This document shows positions 1-12,915 of a stretch of DNA of 64,000 nucleotides, one piece after another. The translations under genes were made by a program, and so were the position numbers. This DNA comes from Azolla caroliniana (Eukaryota; Plantae; Polypodiophyta): the NCBI GenBank assembly GCA_043228905.1, contig JBHGNT010000005.1, forward strand, positions 4,154,001 through 4,218,000. The letters are read 5' to 3'. Below the pieces are notes generated by a model. It was not told the origin of the DNA. It saw only the letters and a list, made by a program, of their open reading frames with translations, and ran no database searches. Within the stretch, counting starts at the first letter, position 1; each line of letters starts with the position of its first letter.

Positions 1-199
1 CATGGGACAATTGGTTTATAACAAAAATGGGGTACATATTTACCCATTCAATGGAAAGTAAACATAAAAAATAAAAAAAAACAAAACAAAACAAAACAAA
101 ATAAAATAAGAGAAAAGGAGACCGAGGAAGAGGCGCCAGGCTGGCAAAACAAAATAAAAAAAATAAAAAGGAGAGAAGAAGAAGAAGAAGAATATACAT

Positions 200-520
200 A
201 CACACATACGTATGTGTATTGTGAATGATGTATATGTGTATTGTATACGTGTATTGTGTATGTATGTGTATTGTGTTTTTTGTTTTTGTTTTCCAGAATG
301 TATTGTGTACATATTGTATACGTGTATGTATTGTGTATTGTGTTTCCAAATGTATTTGTGTGTATTGTGTATCTGTACGTGTGCATTTGTTATGTCACAT
401 GTGTATGCATAGTACGTAATATACTCGAATGCATTGGAAAACATTCGGTTTTTTTTCATACGAATGCAAATAAATGCGTATGTTATCAAAACATTCTTAT
501 GTTTTATTTATTTATTTAAA
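200..520. repeat. Low-complexity (TGTAT/TGTG)-rich repeat tract, probably part of a non-autonomous DNA transposon remnant
   Basis: Reiterated tgtattg/tgtatg units; the overlapping ORFs here are only C/V/Y or H/T/Y low-complexity translations. Confidence 0.55.
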
Positions 521-602
521 ACCTTAAATTTCTTACCTTAAAAAGAAAAAAACTTTATAATAAATAATGAATAAAAAATGTATGGTATTTACTATACTTC
601 TT

Positions 603-880
603 CGAGGGTGTGTTTACCATTACTCGAATGATTGAAACATTGTAGAATACGCATGCACGTATGGATCAATACAATGTACAGTGTAAATATGTATATGTAT
701 TTCGAGGGTGTTTACCATACTCGAATGATTGAAACATTCTCTAATATACGCATGAACGTATGGTTCATACTATGTACAATGTAAAATAATGTTAATGTAT
801 ATGTGGTTACCATACGCGAATGATTGAAACATTCTCTAATACGCATGCGCGTATGGTTCATATTATGCACAGTGTGTATG
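603..880. repeat. Three imperfect ~100-110 bp tandem repeats upstream of GATL
   Basis: Unit ttaccat(t)actcgaatgattgaaacatt...aatacgcatg.acgtatgg.tca.ta..atg.aca recurs at about 613, 712 and 806. Confidence 0.8.
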
Positions 881-1086
881 TATGTATATGTGTTCGTATA
901 TGGTGTGTATTAAGGGCGTGTTCACACGCAGATAGACACGCTCACTCTCTCACTCGGTCGCCTTCTTCTTCTTTCTTCTTTCTTCTTTCTTCTTTCTTCT
1001 TCTTCTCTGTGTCATCTCTGTTTGTCTGTCTGTCTGTCTGTCTCTCTTTTATCCATCGCTTCCTATCCACGCGCTAATTCGAACAG

Positions 1087-1119
<33 letters not shown>

Positions 1120-1294
1120 ACGCGGCATTCCTCGCTAATACCCATCTCTCTCTCTAACACCTCTTTTAACCCTCAGATCTCATTGCTCCTTCTCCTCCAC
1201 AATCTCTCTCTGCCTGTGTCTGCTGAGCTGCCATCGCTCTCAATAATTGAAAGCTTTTGCAATTCATTGAGTGACAGCGATCCCGCATCTACAC

Positions 1295-1333
<39 letters not shown>

Positions 1334-1656
1334 CGGCGATCGAAACCCTGATTAAACCCTCTGTTATTTCACTCTAATCCATCCAAATCTCCCTTCAAAT
1401 CCCTAAACAGAACCCCCCACGACCTAAAAAAAAAAGGTTTCCTGATTTAATGAGCATTTAACCATCGTTTCTCCAGAAAAGAAACTCTTGTAAGAGAGAG
1501 AGAGAGACAGAGGGAGAGAGAGTTGCCCCATTCGAAAGACATCGTCAGTTTTTGTTTTTTGTTTTTGGTTTTTTTGGACCTTCCTCTTCTTCGTGTCTTG
1601 TTCTTTTAATCAGAGAGAACCTGCATACCAATCCCAGAATTACCACCATAAAACTC

Positions 1657-3093
1657 ATGTTCTCGATCTGCTTCTCATTGCTGTTTCTCCTCGCTCTCAC
1701 CCACTCCCTGACTTCCCCTGTTCCAGCTGCAGGCAGGGTTTCTTCATTGTTCTTGGACAGGAGGAATAGCTATGGCGATGAACCAAAAGACGAAGCCCTC
1801 ACCGCCGAAATGGCAGCAGGCAATTCCCACACTCCTATTCATGACAGCGATTTCCGCTCAAGTCATTCCCTCCTTTTCAAAGAAGCGCCCGCCTTCCGGA
1901 ACGGTGCAGAATGCTCCATGAAACCATCAGAGATGGAGAGAGCTAGCAGGCTAGGGTTCAGCAGTGGTGGTGATGATGATGATGGTGGGGCGATGGCTAT
2001 GCTATGTGATCCTTCATCTGTTCACATTGCGATGACTTTGGATATGGCATACATGAGGGGATCAATGGCTGCCATTCTCTCCATTGTCCAGCACACCTCA
2101 TGCCCTGAGAATGTCGTCTTCCACTTCTTGGCCTCATCATCACCATCGCCATCACCATCACTATCACCATCGCCATCGCCCACTCCCTCCTCATTTCTGC
2201 AGGCATCCATGGCATCTCGACCAAGAGATATGCTATCTTCACTCTCCCCTCCATCATCAATGGCATCTTCATCCATGCCTCCACCACCATTGTTGGCATC
2301 ATCATCATCATCACCACCATCATCATCACAGATAACTGTAACTGACCTCGCAGACCTCATCCGATCGGCATTCCCGTACCTCCGCTTCCACGTCTACCCG
2401 TTCGATCCAAGCCTAGTAATCCACCGAATCTCCCCCTCCATCCGCACTGCGCTGGAGCAGCCCCTCAACTACGCGAGGATCTACATTGCCGATCTGCTCC
2501 CCCGATGCATCGGCCGGGTCATATACCTCGATTCGGATGTGGTCGTCGTCGACGACATCATCAAGCTGTGGAAGACACCCCTCGACAGGCACCCGATCGC
2601 CGCCCCCGAGTATTGCCATGCCGATTTCACCAAGTACTTCACCGATTCCTTCTGGAACCGGCCCCGCTTCTCCTCGGTCTTCGATGACCGGCCACGACTG
2701 CCTTGCTACTTCAACACGGGGGTCATGGTGATGGACCTGTATGAATGGCGGGCCCGCGGATTCACACGGAAGATCGAGGATTGGATGGATGTGCAGAAGG
2801 CCTCGAGGATCTACGAGCTCGGCTCCCTCCCGCCATTCTTGCTCGCGTTTGCGGGTGATATCGAGCCCGTAGAGCATCGGTGGAACCAGCATGGGCTCGG
2901 AGGAGATAACATGGAAGGGAAATGCCGGGGTCTACACGAAGGCCCCGTGAGCTTATTGCATTGGAGCGGGAAGGGTAAGCCGTGGGATCGGCTTGATGCC
3001 CGGAAACCATGCCCATTGGATAGCCTTTGGGCACCTTATGACCTCTCCATCTTGTCTTCTTCTTTGCCTTCTGGAAGTGGCTATGGAATGTGA
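1657..3093 (+). CDS. GATL: Galacturonosyltransferase-like protein, glycosyltransferase family 8 (GATL), intronless, ~478 aa
   Basis: ATG at 1657 followed by hydrophobic signal/anchor [14 protein letters not shown]; GATL motifs [47 protein letters not shown] (DxD), [51 protein letters not shown]. Confidence 0.95.
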   Translation: MFSICFSLLFLLALTHSLTSPVPAAGRVSSLFLDRRNSYGDEPKDEALTAEMAAGNSHTPIHDSDFRSSHSLLFKEAPAFRNGAECSMKPSEMERASRLGFSSGGDDDDGGAMAMLCDPSSVHIAMTLDMAYMRGSMAAILSIVQHTSCPENVVFHFLASSSPSPSPSLSPSPSPTPSSFLQASMASRPRDMLSSLSPPSSMASSSMPPPPLLASSSSSPPSSSQITVTDLADLIRSAFPYLRFHVYPFDPSLVIHRISPSIRTALEQPLNYARIYIADLLPRCIGRVIYLDSDVVVVDDIIKLWKTPLDRHPIAAPEYCHADFTKYFTDSFWNRPRFSSVFDDRPRLPCYFNTGVMVMDLYEWRARGFTRKIEDWMDVQKASRIYELGSLPPFLLAFAGDIEPVEHRWNQHGLGGDNMEGKCRGLHEGPVSLLHWSGKGKPWDRLDARKPCPLDSLWAPYDLSILSSSLPSGSGYGM

Positions 3094-6000
3094 TGCAAGA
3101 GACTTGTAATGCCCCCCCTTCCTCCCCCCCCCCCCCCAAAAAAAAAAACAAACAGAGGCATAGATATGAATTGATTGTATGTATGAAGGAATGAATACAC
3201 ACATGATTCAATGCGTGATCGCGGTGGCTGCAATGCTCGAAAAAAGTTCGGGATGAGTTTGATGCATCATCAATTGGTATGATGCACCTCAAAGGTTAAA
3301 GCAAACCCTAAACCCTAATCTCAACCCTAAGTCCAAATCCAGGATTCTATGCATCAATTTGGTATGATGCATTTTGAAAGTCAAAGTAAAACTCCTCTAA
3401 ACTCAATCCTAAACCCTATATCCCAAAACTCAATTGGAATTGATTCTTTGATTCTTTGTAAGATTTTGGAGCACCAATGTTTTTAGGCATTCATTGAGGT
3501 GTTTCTTTTTTTGTTCTGATTTTGGATTGAACTATTTTTTTAAAACTCAATCTATCCAAAAGCAAATTATATATGTGTACACTGTACACACACAGAGTAC
3601 ACACAGAGAGGGAATGTATGAAAAGGAGAACCATTACATCAAATTATTTTAGAAGCAATTCAGTTGGTTGGAATTGGTTAATGTGGAAACAATTTTTTTA
3701 GCAAGTATGAATCGTGATTGTCCCTTCATATTATATGCAAAGGTATCATTTTGCAAATTGATTATGATACACACAACATAATTTCATTTGTTTGTAATGT
3801 CCATGAAAAACTTGGGAACTCTTTGCTCTCTCTCTCTCTCTCTCTCAAACTTCAATAATATTTAGTTATCTATCATATCTATCATTATGTTTTGTAAGAA
3901 CGCCTAGTTTATTCATGGATTGGTCTTCACACCGAACTAAATAGCGGATTTGACTTGTGGTTGGTTGTACGTTAAGGTGTCTAGGATTCCAAATACCGGA
4001 AGACAAAGGAATGGTATTGGAAGATCATTGACTTAATAGTGAAACAAACTCGTCGCAACCTGTCATATAATTCACTTCATTGACATGGTACAACAATAGA
4101 GTGTTGGTGATACGATTAATTTGACAAAGCACTTACATTAGATGGTCACAAACTTGGTAGTAAAACAAACTTGAACCTATGATATAGTTCGCTTCTTCAC
4201 CAAATCCTTCATCCCAACATAACATGACACCTTGATTTCTTTGCATTTCATATAACATGATACAACATAAGGGTGCTTTTTATTTCAAATAATGTATTTG
4301 TTTCCTTACAAATATTTAGGGACAAAACTTGAATATCTTGGCAATTTGCTATGATATTGGCCCCATCACCCTAGAAGTTAGTCCAGGGTTCAAAAAATGA
4401 ATCAAGATGATCTACAATAGGGTGCATGTTATGACAGAACTTCTTGACATGTAGAGTGTGGCCTCTCAATAAACATGTGCTATGGGTATATATTGATTTC
4501 AAGGTAACATTTTTGGTGGATGCTTGGCCTTTACGAGGGCGCCTTTTAAAATGGACATTGAAATGGGTGCCTTCATTAATCTTTCCACCTTAACAATCCA
4601 CAATGCAAGGCTAGGTCGCAATGGTGTCACAACATTGTAAATAGATGCAACGTGTCTTTTTTGAATGTGTCCTCTGAAATGGATATATGCAAGGCTAGGT
4701 TACAATGGTATCTCCAAACGCATGCAAATGGACAAAATGTTTGTATAGTCAAAGATCATATGATGTCTAGGAATTTGTCAACAAGGAATTCAAAGTTAAC
4801 TAAAAACATGGTTTGTAGTATGTACCATTCAAAGCCATTAGTGTGGGCATGAAGATTCTCCTTGTTCAATTCGTATTGAAGTTCCAAATAGAAGTCTTGA
4901 AAACTAACTTAACTACAATTCAAGAGGTCTCAATTTCCACATTTACCATAAATAAATACACACAAATACATCATAGAAACCTCATAAAAAACATTGACTA
5001 ACTATTTATCTATTTTTGTTTCGAAACAAACTCAAATGGAATAAATAACACCTTGCAACTTCAAGTTTAGATGTTAATAATTAGGAAATAGGAGGCCCGC
5101 TTATAAACAATCTCTTCTCCTTGGTACATCATCATCATCATCATCACCATTGATGTCACGACCTTTACACACCAGCTCATTGCCTTTTGTTTTGTTTTGT
5201 TTAATAGACATTCGTGTTTCCGGACCACTTTGTTGTCATGTCTTCTTGTTCCAAGATGTATAATTCCCATCACACACTTCTTTGAATGGTCAAGCTTGTC
5301 AAAGATCCTTGAAATAAAGTGGACTTTTGGGTTAACAAGCATATATGTAATAATGTCTTTACTTCCACTCATATGTACAAGCCTTGGATATTGTTCCCTT
5401 ATTTTACAAACCTAATAATTGGATTAAAGCAATATATGAAGGGCTATGGTGGGATTGCAACTAAAACAAGGTGCCTTGCTTAAGGTATTATTGTTTTTCA
5501 ACATATGAGTTTTGTAGAGGGTAATTGAATTTCCTTTTACTTCAATTATAGAGGATGAAGAAACCAAAGCTTGAGTATTGACAATGATGTTGCATCTATA
5601 TGTAAGCAAAGATTGGAAAGATAAAAACAAAAGAGGCATCTAATAGTTGGCAACAACCAAGGAAAGCCTGACTAATAATGGAAACCAACCTTTGGTTACA
5701 AGAAACTTATCAAATAAAGGGAAAGGTTCAAAAAGCCAACGACATACGGTTGGACACACATTTCTAAAGGAGTTTTATGTCAATATGCCCTTGAATGTAG
5801 AGATGAATATGAGTGATGCAATATAAATCCTTAAAAGTATGTAGATATCTTCCAATGATGCCAAAATGAAGTTTCTTGGGAAAGTTACGGAAGTAGCGTG
5901 CTCATTATGATACATTAGAAAGAAGAAAGTTTCATCATTTACTACTTATAGAGCCAAGGCATTAAAATCATCAGCTCTTTGATTGGGAAGTTGACTCCAT

Positions 6001-7483
6001 AACTAAGAGGCATAGTTTTGTAAATATTTCCTGTTTATATGAACATCTTATGCATTGAAAGTAAACACATGTAAATACATCAATGCATTTATTGTATACA
6101 CACATATATAATAAACCTAATCAAGGGTATGTATGGGCCTATGGCTTCACCTATAAGTATCCAAGGATTATGGGACCCGACAAAGTTGACATATTGTTTG
6201 GCTTGACATAATGCAAGATGTAACATAACTTGGAGAGATGAAACTCCTGTGAATTTAATATCTGAACTACACATTTTCACAAATTATGTTGTAAATCTGA
6301 AAACAAAATACCTTATGAATGTGTAATAAAAATATTATGAATTCATCACTAAGATACACTCTTCTTACAATTGGGCAAATGAGTTTCGCAGTAGAGGGTT
6401 TCTTATGTGCACCGACAACTTATCAAGATATGAGAATATCTTTATTCCTTGAGGTATGGCACAATGGTAGGGCCTCATGCCAATTGATGAACCTCAATAA
6501 CTTGGGCATATCAAATGTTGGGTTTCATTGTGGGCATGAACTAGGGTGATATTTTGATAATTTGCCTTACATATGTACAATGCGACAAATCTTGAGTAAT
6601 ACAAAACATAAAATTAAACAATCAAATGATGTGGTTGCACAAAAAGCTTCCTCCAATACATGGACGTGGGGCACCACTTTGATTTGACACAATCATAAAA
6701 TATATAGAAAATTCTATGCTAAAACTTGCCTAGTACAACTCATCACCCCAAAACACTTGTTGTCGATAACAAAAATATAGTCAAAACTCAAATCATGATG
6801 CCATAAAGAATTTGTACTAAGAAACACAAAGCTTTTGAAGATGGAAAATGTTATGAAAGGAATGGGATGTGAATTCAACTATTACCATTGATAGAGAGGA
6901 GCTACATTTATTGCCTAGGGTCTACCACTTACAATGGCAATAAGTATGGGGAACTCAAACCCCCAAAGTCTGACATGAACACTAGAACCCCATTCTTCAC
7001 TTATGCATATGAAAGCAATCAAATCCATGATGACTATAGAATGTCTGAATTGAAATGTGCTTGTATAGGTTCTTTTACGTAGCAAACAATGATAGTATTT
7101 GAACTTCATTCATGGTTTCCTTGTCCTTATCTATATATCATGAAACGCATACTAGATGGTCTTGCAAGAAAAATCTATAGTAATCAAAATGAATCCCTAG
7201 CCTATTAGGAGTTGCCCAAAGTCCAACGTTTATATATATCATTTCAAAAGAAAATGACCTTGTAACTAATAATGATGTGGACACTTGACTTGGAATGCAA
7301 CAATTCTAGAGATCTATGGATCCCTATGATCTTAGGAGTTGTCCCTAGTCAAATCTTTATATATGTATGTCAAATTGAAAGAAAATGACCCTTTTAACTA
7401 ATAATAGTGATGTAAAGTTTGATCAGGAATGGAGACATTCTAGAGCGCATGCTCTTTCAAACATCTAGTTCAACCATACGAAT

Positions 7484-8353
7484 TTGATGAGTTTAACATT
7501 ATCTAGAAAATCAACTCTCTGTGATGATACAACTTTATATGTGGATGGGGAGGAACAGAATTTGCGTAATGTTCAATGTGTGGTGCAAGAATTTTGTGAG
7601 CTATCCGGTGCTATTATAAATTGGAATAAATCCATTGGAATAAGAATGACGAATAATAGAGTTTCACATTGGTTGCCCCATCCGGATTTTCAATGGCTTT
7701 AACATGGGAGGTCAATACGATATCTTGGTTGTCAAATTGGTGTTGACATTACTCATGATCAACTTATTGCCCCCTTGTTGATGTCATTGAAGGGGAAATT
7801 GTTGTTTTGGTCTTCGAGACATTTATCATTGGTTGGAAGAATTGTAATTGCTAATCAAGTGCTTCTGTCTTCGATGTGGTATATCCTCTCATCTTGGTTG
7901 TTTTCAAGATATGTTCTCTCTCAGGTACAAAGGCTTGTCTGCAATTTGTTATGGGGTGCATCTGATGTAAATGCAAGATCTAAAGTTGCGTGGAAGGTAA
8001 CAATATCTCCTCCTCACGAGGGCGGATTAGGGTTGATAGACCCAATATTACAATGTAGAGCATAACTTGGGAAATTTGTTGTGAGAAGTATGTTGCTAGG
8101 GAATGAACCATGGAAGTTGCCACTTCATGAACGTATGAAGGAATTGGTTCCATGTAGAGGTGGACATTGGAAGCGAAATGTGAGGTGGTAGTTTGTGCAT
8201 GAGGATATGCCTTTCACTTCCGATAAATTTTTTAACTCTTTGTTAAGAGCTTGGAAAAGTTTGTTGCTTAATCTTGTGCATAAACATCCTATATGGGAGG
8301 ACGAGTGGAAAAGGCAACAAATTTGTTGGAACCCTTTGATTAAGGATGATTCT
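7484..8353 (+). mobile_element. LINE (L1-like) ORF2 remnant, 5' part: end of RT domain and downstream region; decayed
   Basis: DDTTLYV..FCELSGAIINWNKS, RYLGCQIG, W.SRHLSLVGRIVIANQVLLSSMWY, KVAWK..PPHEGGLGL are typical plant L1 ORF2 motifs; in-frame stops present. Continues after element A. Confidence 0.88.
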
Positions 8354-8810
8354 TATTATAGACATGTACTAAAGTAAGCATTAGATAAGGATAGATCTAG
8401 GTAGATAGAAAGAAAGGAGAGAGAGAAAGAAGGGTGCCGATCCACCTGAACACCCTCGAGCGAAGGGATCGAGACGGACTCGAGCCTCGATCGGCGTCCC
8501 ATACCACCGCCGTGGCGTCGAGTCGTACCTAGTGCTGGCGCGCTCACTACAAGAGTTGACCCACCACAAGATAGAGTCTCGACGTAGTCAACAAGATAAT
8601 CAAATGAGGTTAGCTAGGCCTCTTATTTATAGCGATACCCAAGGCCCCCAGGCAAGTTCACACTTGGCCTAATGGGTTGTCTCAATCACGAGGATTTAAA
8701 AGCAATCCTCCCCTTCTTTACACTCTCGTTTAATCCTCACACTTATCCATGTGTATAGAATACTACGGTAAATTCTCACCACGGGATATTATATGGTCAT
8801 GCCCGTAACA
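8354..8810 (-). repeat. Element A 3' LTR
   Basis: Aligns without gaps to 20501-20957 with roughly 20-25 substitutions counted by eye; minus-strand termini TGTTAC...TAATA; TATA box ctataaata. Confidence 0.95.
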
Positions 8811-10256
8811 TACTCCCCCTCTTTAAAACATTGCACTCTTGCAATGGAAAGTTAGGGAAGTTAGTTCTGAGAGTATTTTCGCATTCCCAGGTGGCATCTT
8901 TTATTGATTTATCCATCCATTTTATTTTAAATTCTCGGATTTCTTTAGTACGTAACATCGAGAATTCTTTCTGGTACATGTGGTTTAGAAGATAATTCTT
9001 TAGAAGTAACCAAAGTTTCAGTTGTAACTGTATTGTCGCCAGAACCTAGAAGTTCTTTTAGACGACTCACATGAAAGACTGGATGAATTCCAACACCATC
9101 GAGAAGAGCAAGACGATAGGCTGATGACCTAATGCGTTTGAGGACTGTAAAAGGTCCACAAAACCGTGGGGCTAACTTAGCGCACTTACCCAATGTCTTA
9201 GAATTGTGAGGTACACATAAAAATACCTTCTGTCCAGGGTTGAATACAAGAGGTTGCCTATGATGATCGGCATAAAAACGCGCTCTATGTTGAGTTGTTT
9301 TTATACTATCTCGTGCAATATGCAACATATCTTGCATATCCCAAAGAAAGTTTTGTGTACTTCGCAACTCATTATGATGTATATTAACATCAATTGGGGC
9401 TCGTGGCTGAAAACCATACATCAACATAAAAGGACTATATCCTGTCGACGTATGCTTGGAGCTGTTATAAGCAAACTCCAAAATTGGGAGATAACGTTCC
9501 CATTTTGTTGGTTTTGCACCAATATATGCTCGAAGCATGTCCTCAATAATTTGATTTACTCGTTCTGTTTGTCCATCAGATTGAGGATGATCCGTGGAGC
9601 TCATGCTCAACGTAGTTTCTAACTTCTTAAAGACTTGCGTCCAGAAGTCACTAGTAAATTTTGGATCTCGATCACTCACGATATCCATCGGTAACCCATA
9701 AAAACGAAATAAATCGTCAACGAATTGGTAAGCCAATTCAGGAGCTGTTGTCGTGGTTTTAGTAGCAATAAATCTGGCCATTTTTGTTAGTCGATCAACC
9801 ACAACCTAGATGGCACCATGGCCTTTTTGGGTGCGAGGAAGGCTAACAATAAAATCCATGGATATACTTTCCCACTTATTATTAGGAATGTCCAAGGGAT
9901 GTAAAAGTCCTGCGGCTTTAAGTCGCTCGGCTTTGTTAACTTGACATTGGTGACATTTAGTCACATAGTTATGTATGTCAGGGCGCATCTTAGGCCAATA
10001 AAATTGAGTGGAGATGAGAACGAGTGTACGATGTATTCCAGGGTGCCCTGCTGAGGGTCATCATGGCATTAAAAAAGAATCCTCTTTTTGACCTCGGGTA
10101 AATCTGGAACACAAACCTTCCCATTACGGTAGAGCAGACCATTAGCAATGTGGAAGTATTCCTTCGAAGATGTGGTGGTGTATGTTCCAGACTCAACTCT
10201 TGCCTAGTATTTTGCAAAATAATTGTCATCAGGATACTTTCCTCGAAGGTGATCAT
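8797..10256 (-). pseudogene. Element A integrase plus C-terminal chromodomain (frameshifted)
   Basis: C..CQ.NK zinc finger half, WESISMDFI, VDRLTKMARF, IVSDRDPKFTS.FW, HPQSDGQTERVN, GPF.V / HPVFHVS (GPY/F), chromodomain PERILD...IKW....DATWE. Confidence 0.92.
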
Positions 10257-11118
10257 AAAGATCTGATGTTATTTCAGTGAAACTAAGCATGTTAACTTCA
10301 CGGATGCGACTTAGTGCATCAATGACATTATTCATGGAACCTTTACGATATCGTATGGAAAAATCAAAGTCCTGGATGAGATCAGCCCATTGTGCCTTAC
10401 GACCTTTCAGGTCTTGTTGGTCACAAAAATATTTCAAGGACTCGTGGTCCGTAGTTACCACAAAGCGATTTCCATAAAGATAATGGCGCCATGTTTTGAG
10501 TGCATGTATAACTGCAAATAATTCCTTTTCTTGAACGGTATACCGACATTGAGCAGAATCAAGTTTCTTACTCTCGAATGCTATTGGTTTACCATCTTGA
10601 TATAAGACAACACCTATAGCATAATCGCTTGCATCGGTTTGAACCTCAAAAGGTTTTGAAGGATCGGGTAAAAGAAGTGAAGGAGCCTTGCATATCAGGT
10701 CCTTGAGTTCCTTAAAGGCGAGGTCTAGTGTAGCATTCCACACAATAGGTTTTGTAGACTTACGCATTTGACCTTTTAGAAGATCAGTAAACAACGTCGT
10801 CAATTGGGAGTAATTACGAAGGGATTTTCGCAAAAACTCGACAAAACCAAGGAATGATCGAACTTCTCGAATATTTTGAAGAGTGGGCCAAAGCTTGATT
10901 TTCTCGATGTGAGAAGGATCAATTTTAACTCCTCGTTCGGTTATGAGATGTCCAATATAAGTAATTGATTTCTTGAAGAACTCACATTTTGAGATCTTCA
11001 CATAAAACTGTTTGTCACGCAATGTTTGTAAAACAAAGCGGACATGTTTAGCATGTTCTTGTAATGTACGGCTATAAACTAAAATATCATCCAACAAAAT
11101 AACGACAAATTTTCTAAG
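10204..11118 (-). pseudogene. Element A RT C-terminal half and RNase H
   Basis: LDDILVYS, KCEF, VRSFLG, TDASDYAIG, Y...EKELFAV..LK.WRHYL, TDHESLKY. The ORF-track N-terminus (MLLQWLR..) is borrowed from insertion C. Confidence 0.92.
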
Positions 11119-11327
11119 TGTCATGAAGACAACATTTTGGTTATCAAGAATCGAACCCACGACTTCTTGGTCTATGTGTTGAACCCTTAACCATTGTAAT
11201 AACATATATGTTGTGTGATTACAATAATTATGTTTCTAGTTATTACAAGATATTAGAATAATCTAGAATGTTCTCGAATAATCTAGAATGTTCTAGAATA
11301 TTCTAATATCTTGTAATAACTAGAAAC

Positions 11328-11690
11328 CGAGGACAATTGGATGCTCAAGACTACGGATTATGTTAAAGGAAACTACACATCCTAAATCACCCAAGAGTAT
11401 GTGTATTGGCTCAAACTCTTCAAATATCTTCCTGGAAGCTATGGGGCGTCCATCAATCACTACTACGAAAACTGGACAAGGAAGTGTATGCAAGGATATT
11501 TGGTGTTTTTGGGCAAAATCTCGATCCATGAAACAAGAATTGGCTCCAGTATCTAAGAGGGCTTGGACTTGAAGTTGACAACTGGGTGTCCTAACTTGTA
11601 CTAGGGCTGAGAAGACTCTACTAACATGAACCCACACTAGGTTGTACATATCTAGGGTTGTCCAACCAAATGGCTACTATTTTGGCCGGA
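11328..11690 (-). pseudogene. Family D retropepsin aspartic protease, truncated at the junction with the B-type repeat
   Basis: ALLDTGANSCFMD..VVVIDGRPI..F.II...EHPIVLG; ends abruptly at 11328. Confidence 0.85.
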
Positions 11691-11691
11691 C

Positions 11692-12855
11692 TTATTCGTT
11701 TGACTCCTCTTCTAATTGGCTTAGGACTTCAAATTTATTGGACAAGGGTGGATTATTCATAATATTAGATTCACTAACTGCTTCTAAAATGTTGGACTCA
11801 TTTTTATTGTCATAGTGAATTTGATTTACCTGACGTCTCGGCCTACGGGAGCAATGAATGGCTATATGTCCTGGACCTCCGCAATATAAGCATAGATGGT
11901 TTGTTCGACGATGTTGCTTCTCTTCGTCTGACAACAGTCCTCGTTGTTGAGTCATATTGATCTCCATGGGTGCAGGACTATCCATTGGGACTGGACTACG
12001 TGTTTGCCTTGGAGTTGGAGCAGGGCTATACATTTGCCTTGGGGATGATTGTGCCGTTATTGATGCATAAGTTGGTGTGAATCTTGATCTTGTTATTTGT
12101 TGTTGTCGCTCACATCGACGCTCAAAAAGGCGATTATCACACCGTATTGCTCGACTAATAGCTTCTGTAAGTGACCTTGGATCCTCGGGGAAGGTAAGAA
12201 GTAAGCCTTTGACATCACTACGAAGGCTTGAACGGAATTGCTTCATTAGGGCTTGTTCATCCCAAGGAATATCGCTTGCGATGAGACGGAAATTGGCAGC
12301 ATATGTCGAAGCTGGTTGATCACCTTGACGAAGTGTACGAATCTTGTTGATAGCTGTTCTCGACCCATCAGTATCTCCGAAACAAGCCTTAAATTCCTTG
12401 ATAAATTCCTCGAAATTATTCAGTAGAGGAGAATTGGTCTCTAGCAATGGAGCAAACCACGACAACGCTATGCCAGTCAATAAGGTGCCCACTAGCCCAA
12501 CTTGTGATACATCTGTTGGATAACGCGCGGGATGCATTTGAATCACTAACCGTACTTGATTCAAGAAACCTCGGAAATGCGCCCTCGACCCATCAAATTT
12601 AGCTGGGAGGCTAATTTTGGGCTCCTTGATAAGTCCCTGACCTTCAACCCTTTGTTGTTGTAACACTACGATTGTCGACTCTAACTGTTGCACTCGTCGC
12701 GTGAACTCCTCTTGTTGTTGTTGCTTCTCTATAGTAACCTTTTGTAGATCCCCAAGTAGACGTTGATTCTCTACTTCAAGAGATGCGAACTTGGATTTAA
12801 GGTTCTCCATTTCTACAACAAGGGTGAGATATTCTTCTGAGTTAATGGCAGCCAT
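11692..12855 (-). CDS. Family D Ty3/gypsy gag (Tcn1/sushi/PEG10-like), uninterrupted 387-aa ORF
   Basis: N-terminal coiled coil, EPKISLPAKFDG...F..Q, L.G.AL.WF, LRQG....Y...F, PMEI, CCHC knuckle CLYCGGPGHIAIHC. Confidence 0.88.
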   Translation of the reverse strand: MAAINSEEYLTLVVEMENLKSKFASLEVENQRLLGDLQKVTIEKQQQQEEFTRRVQQLESTIVVLQQQRVEGQGLIKEPKISLPAKFDGSRAHFRGFLNQVRLVIQMHPARYPTDVSQVGLVGTLLTGIALSWFAPLLETNSPLLNNFEEFIKEFKACFGDTDGSRTAINKIRTLRQGDQPASTYAANFRLIASDIPWDEQALMKQFRSSLRSDVKGLLLTFPEDPRSLTEAISRAIRCDNRLFERRCERQQQITRSRFTPTYASITAQSSPRQMYSPAPTPRQTRSPVPMDSPAPMEINMTQQRGLLSDEEKQHRRTNHLCLYCGGPGHIAIHCSRRPRRQVNQIHYDNKNESNILEAVSESNIMNNPPLSNKFEVLSQLEEESNE

Positions 12856-12915
12856 AGTTTTAGGATGGTTACAAAGGAGGATAAGAGAGAGAGAGAGAGA
12901 GAATTCGAATCAAAC

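Noticed and set aside
1997-2892. His-rich, Met-rich and antisense ORFs overlapping GATL
   Set aside because: Alternative-frame products of the CAT/CAC repeat and of GC-rich codon usage.
5100-5650. Possible LINE RT remnant (NWIKAIY..KQG..LF)
   Set aside because: Too degraded to delimit or assign without a homology search.
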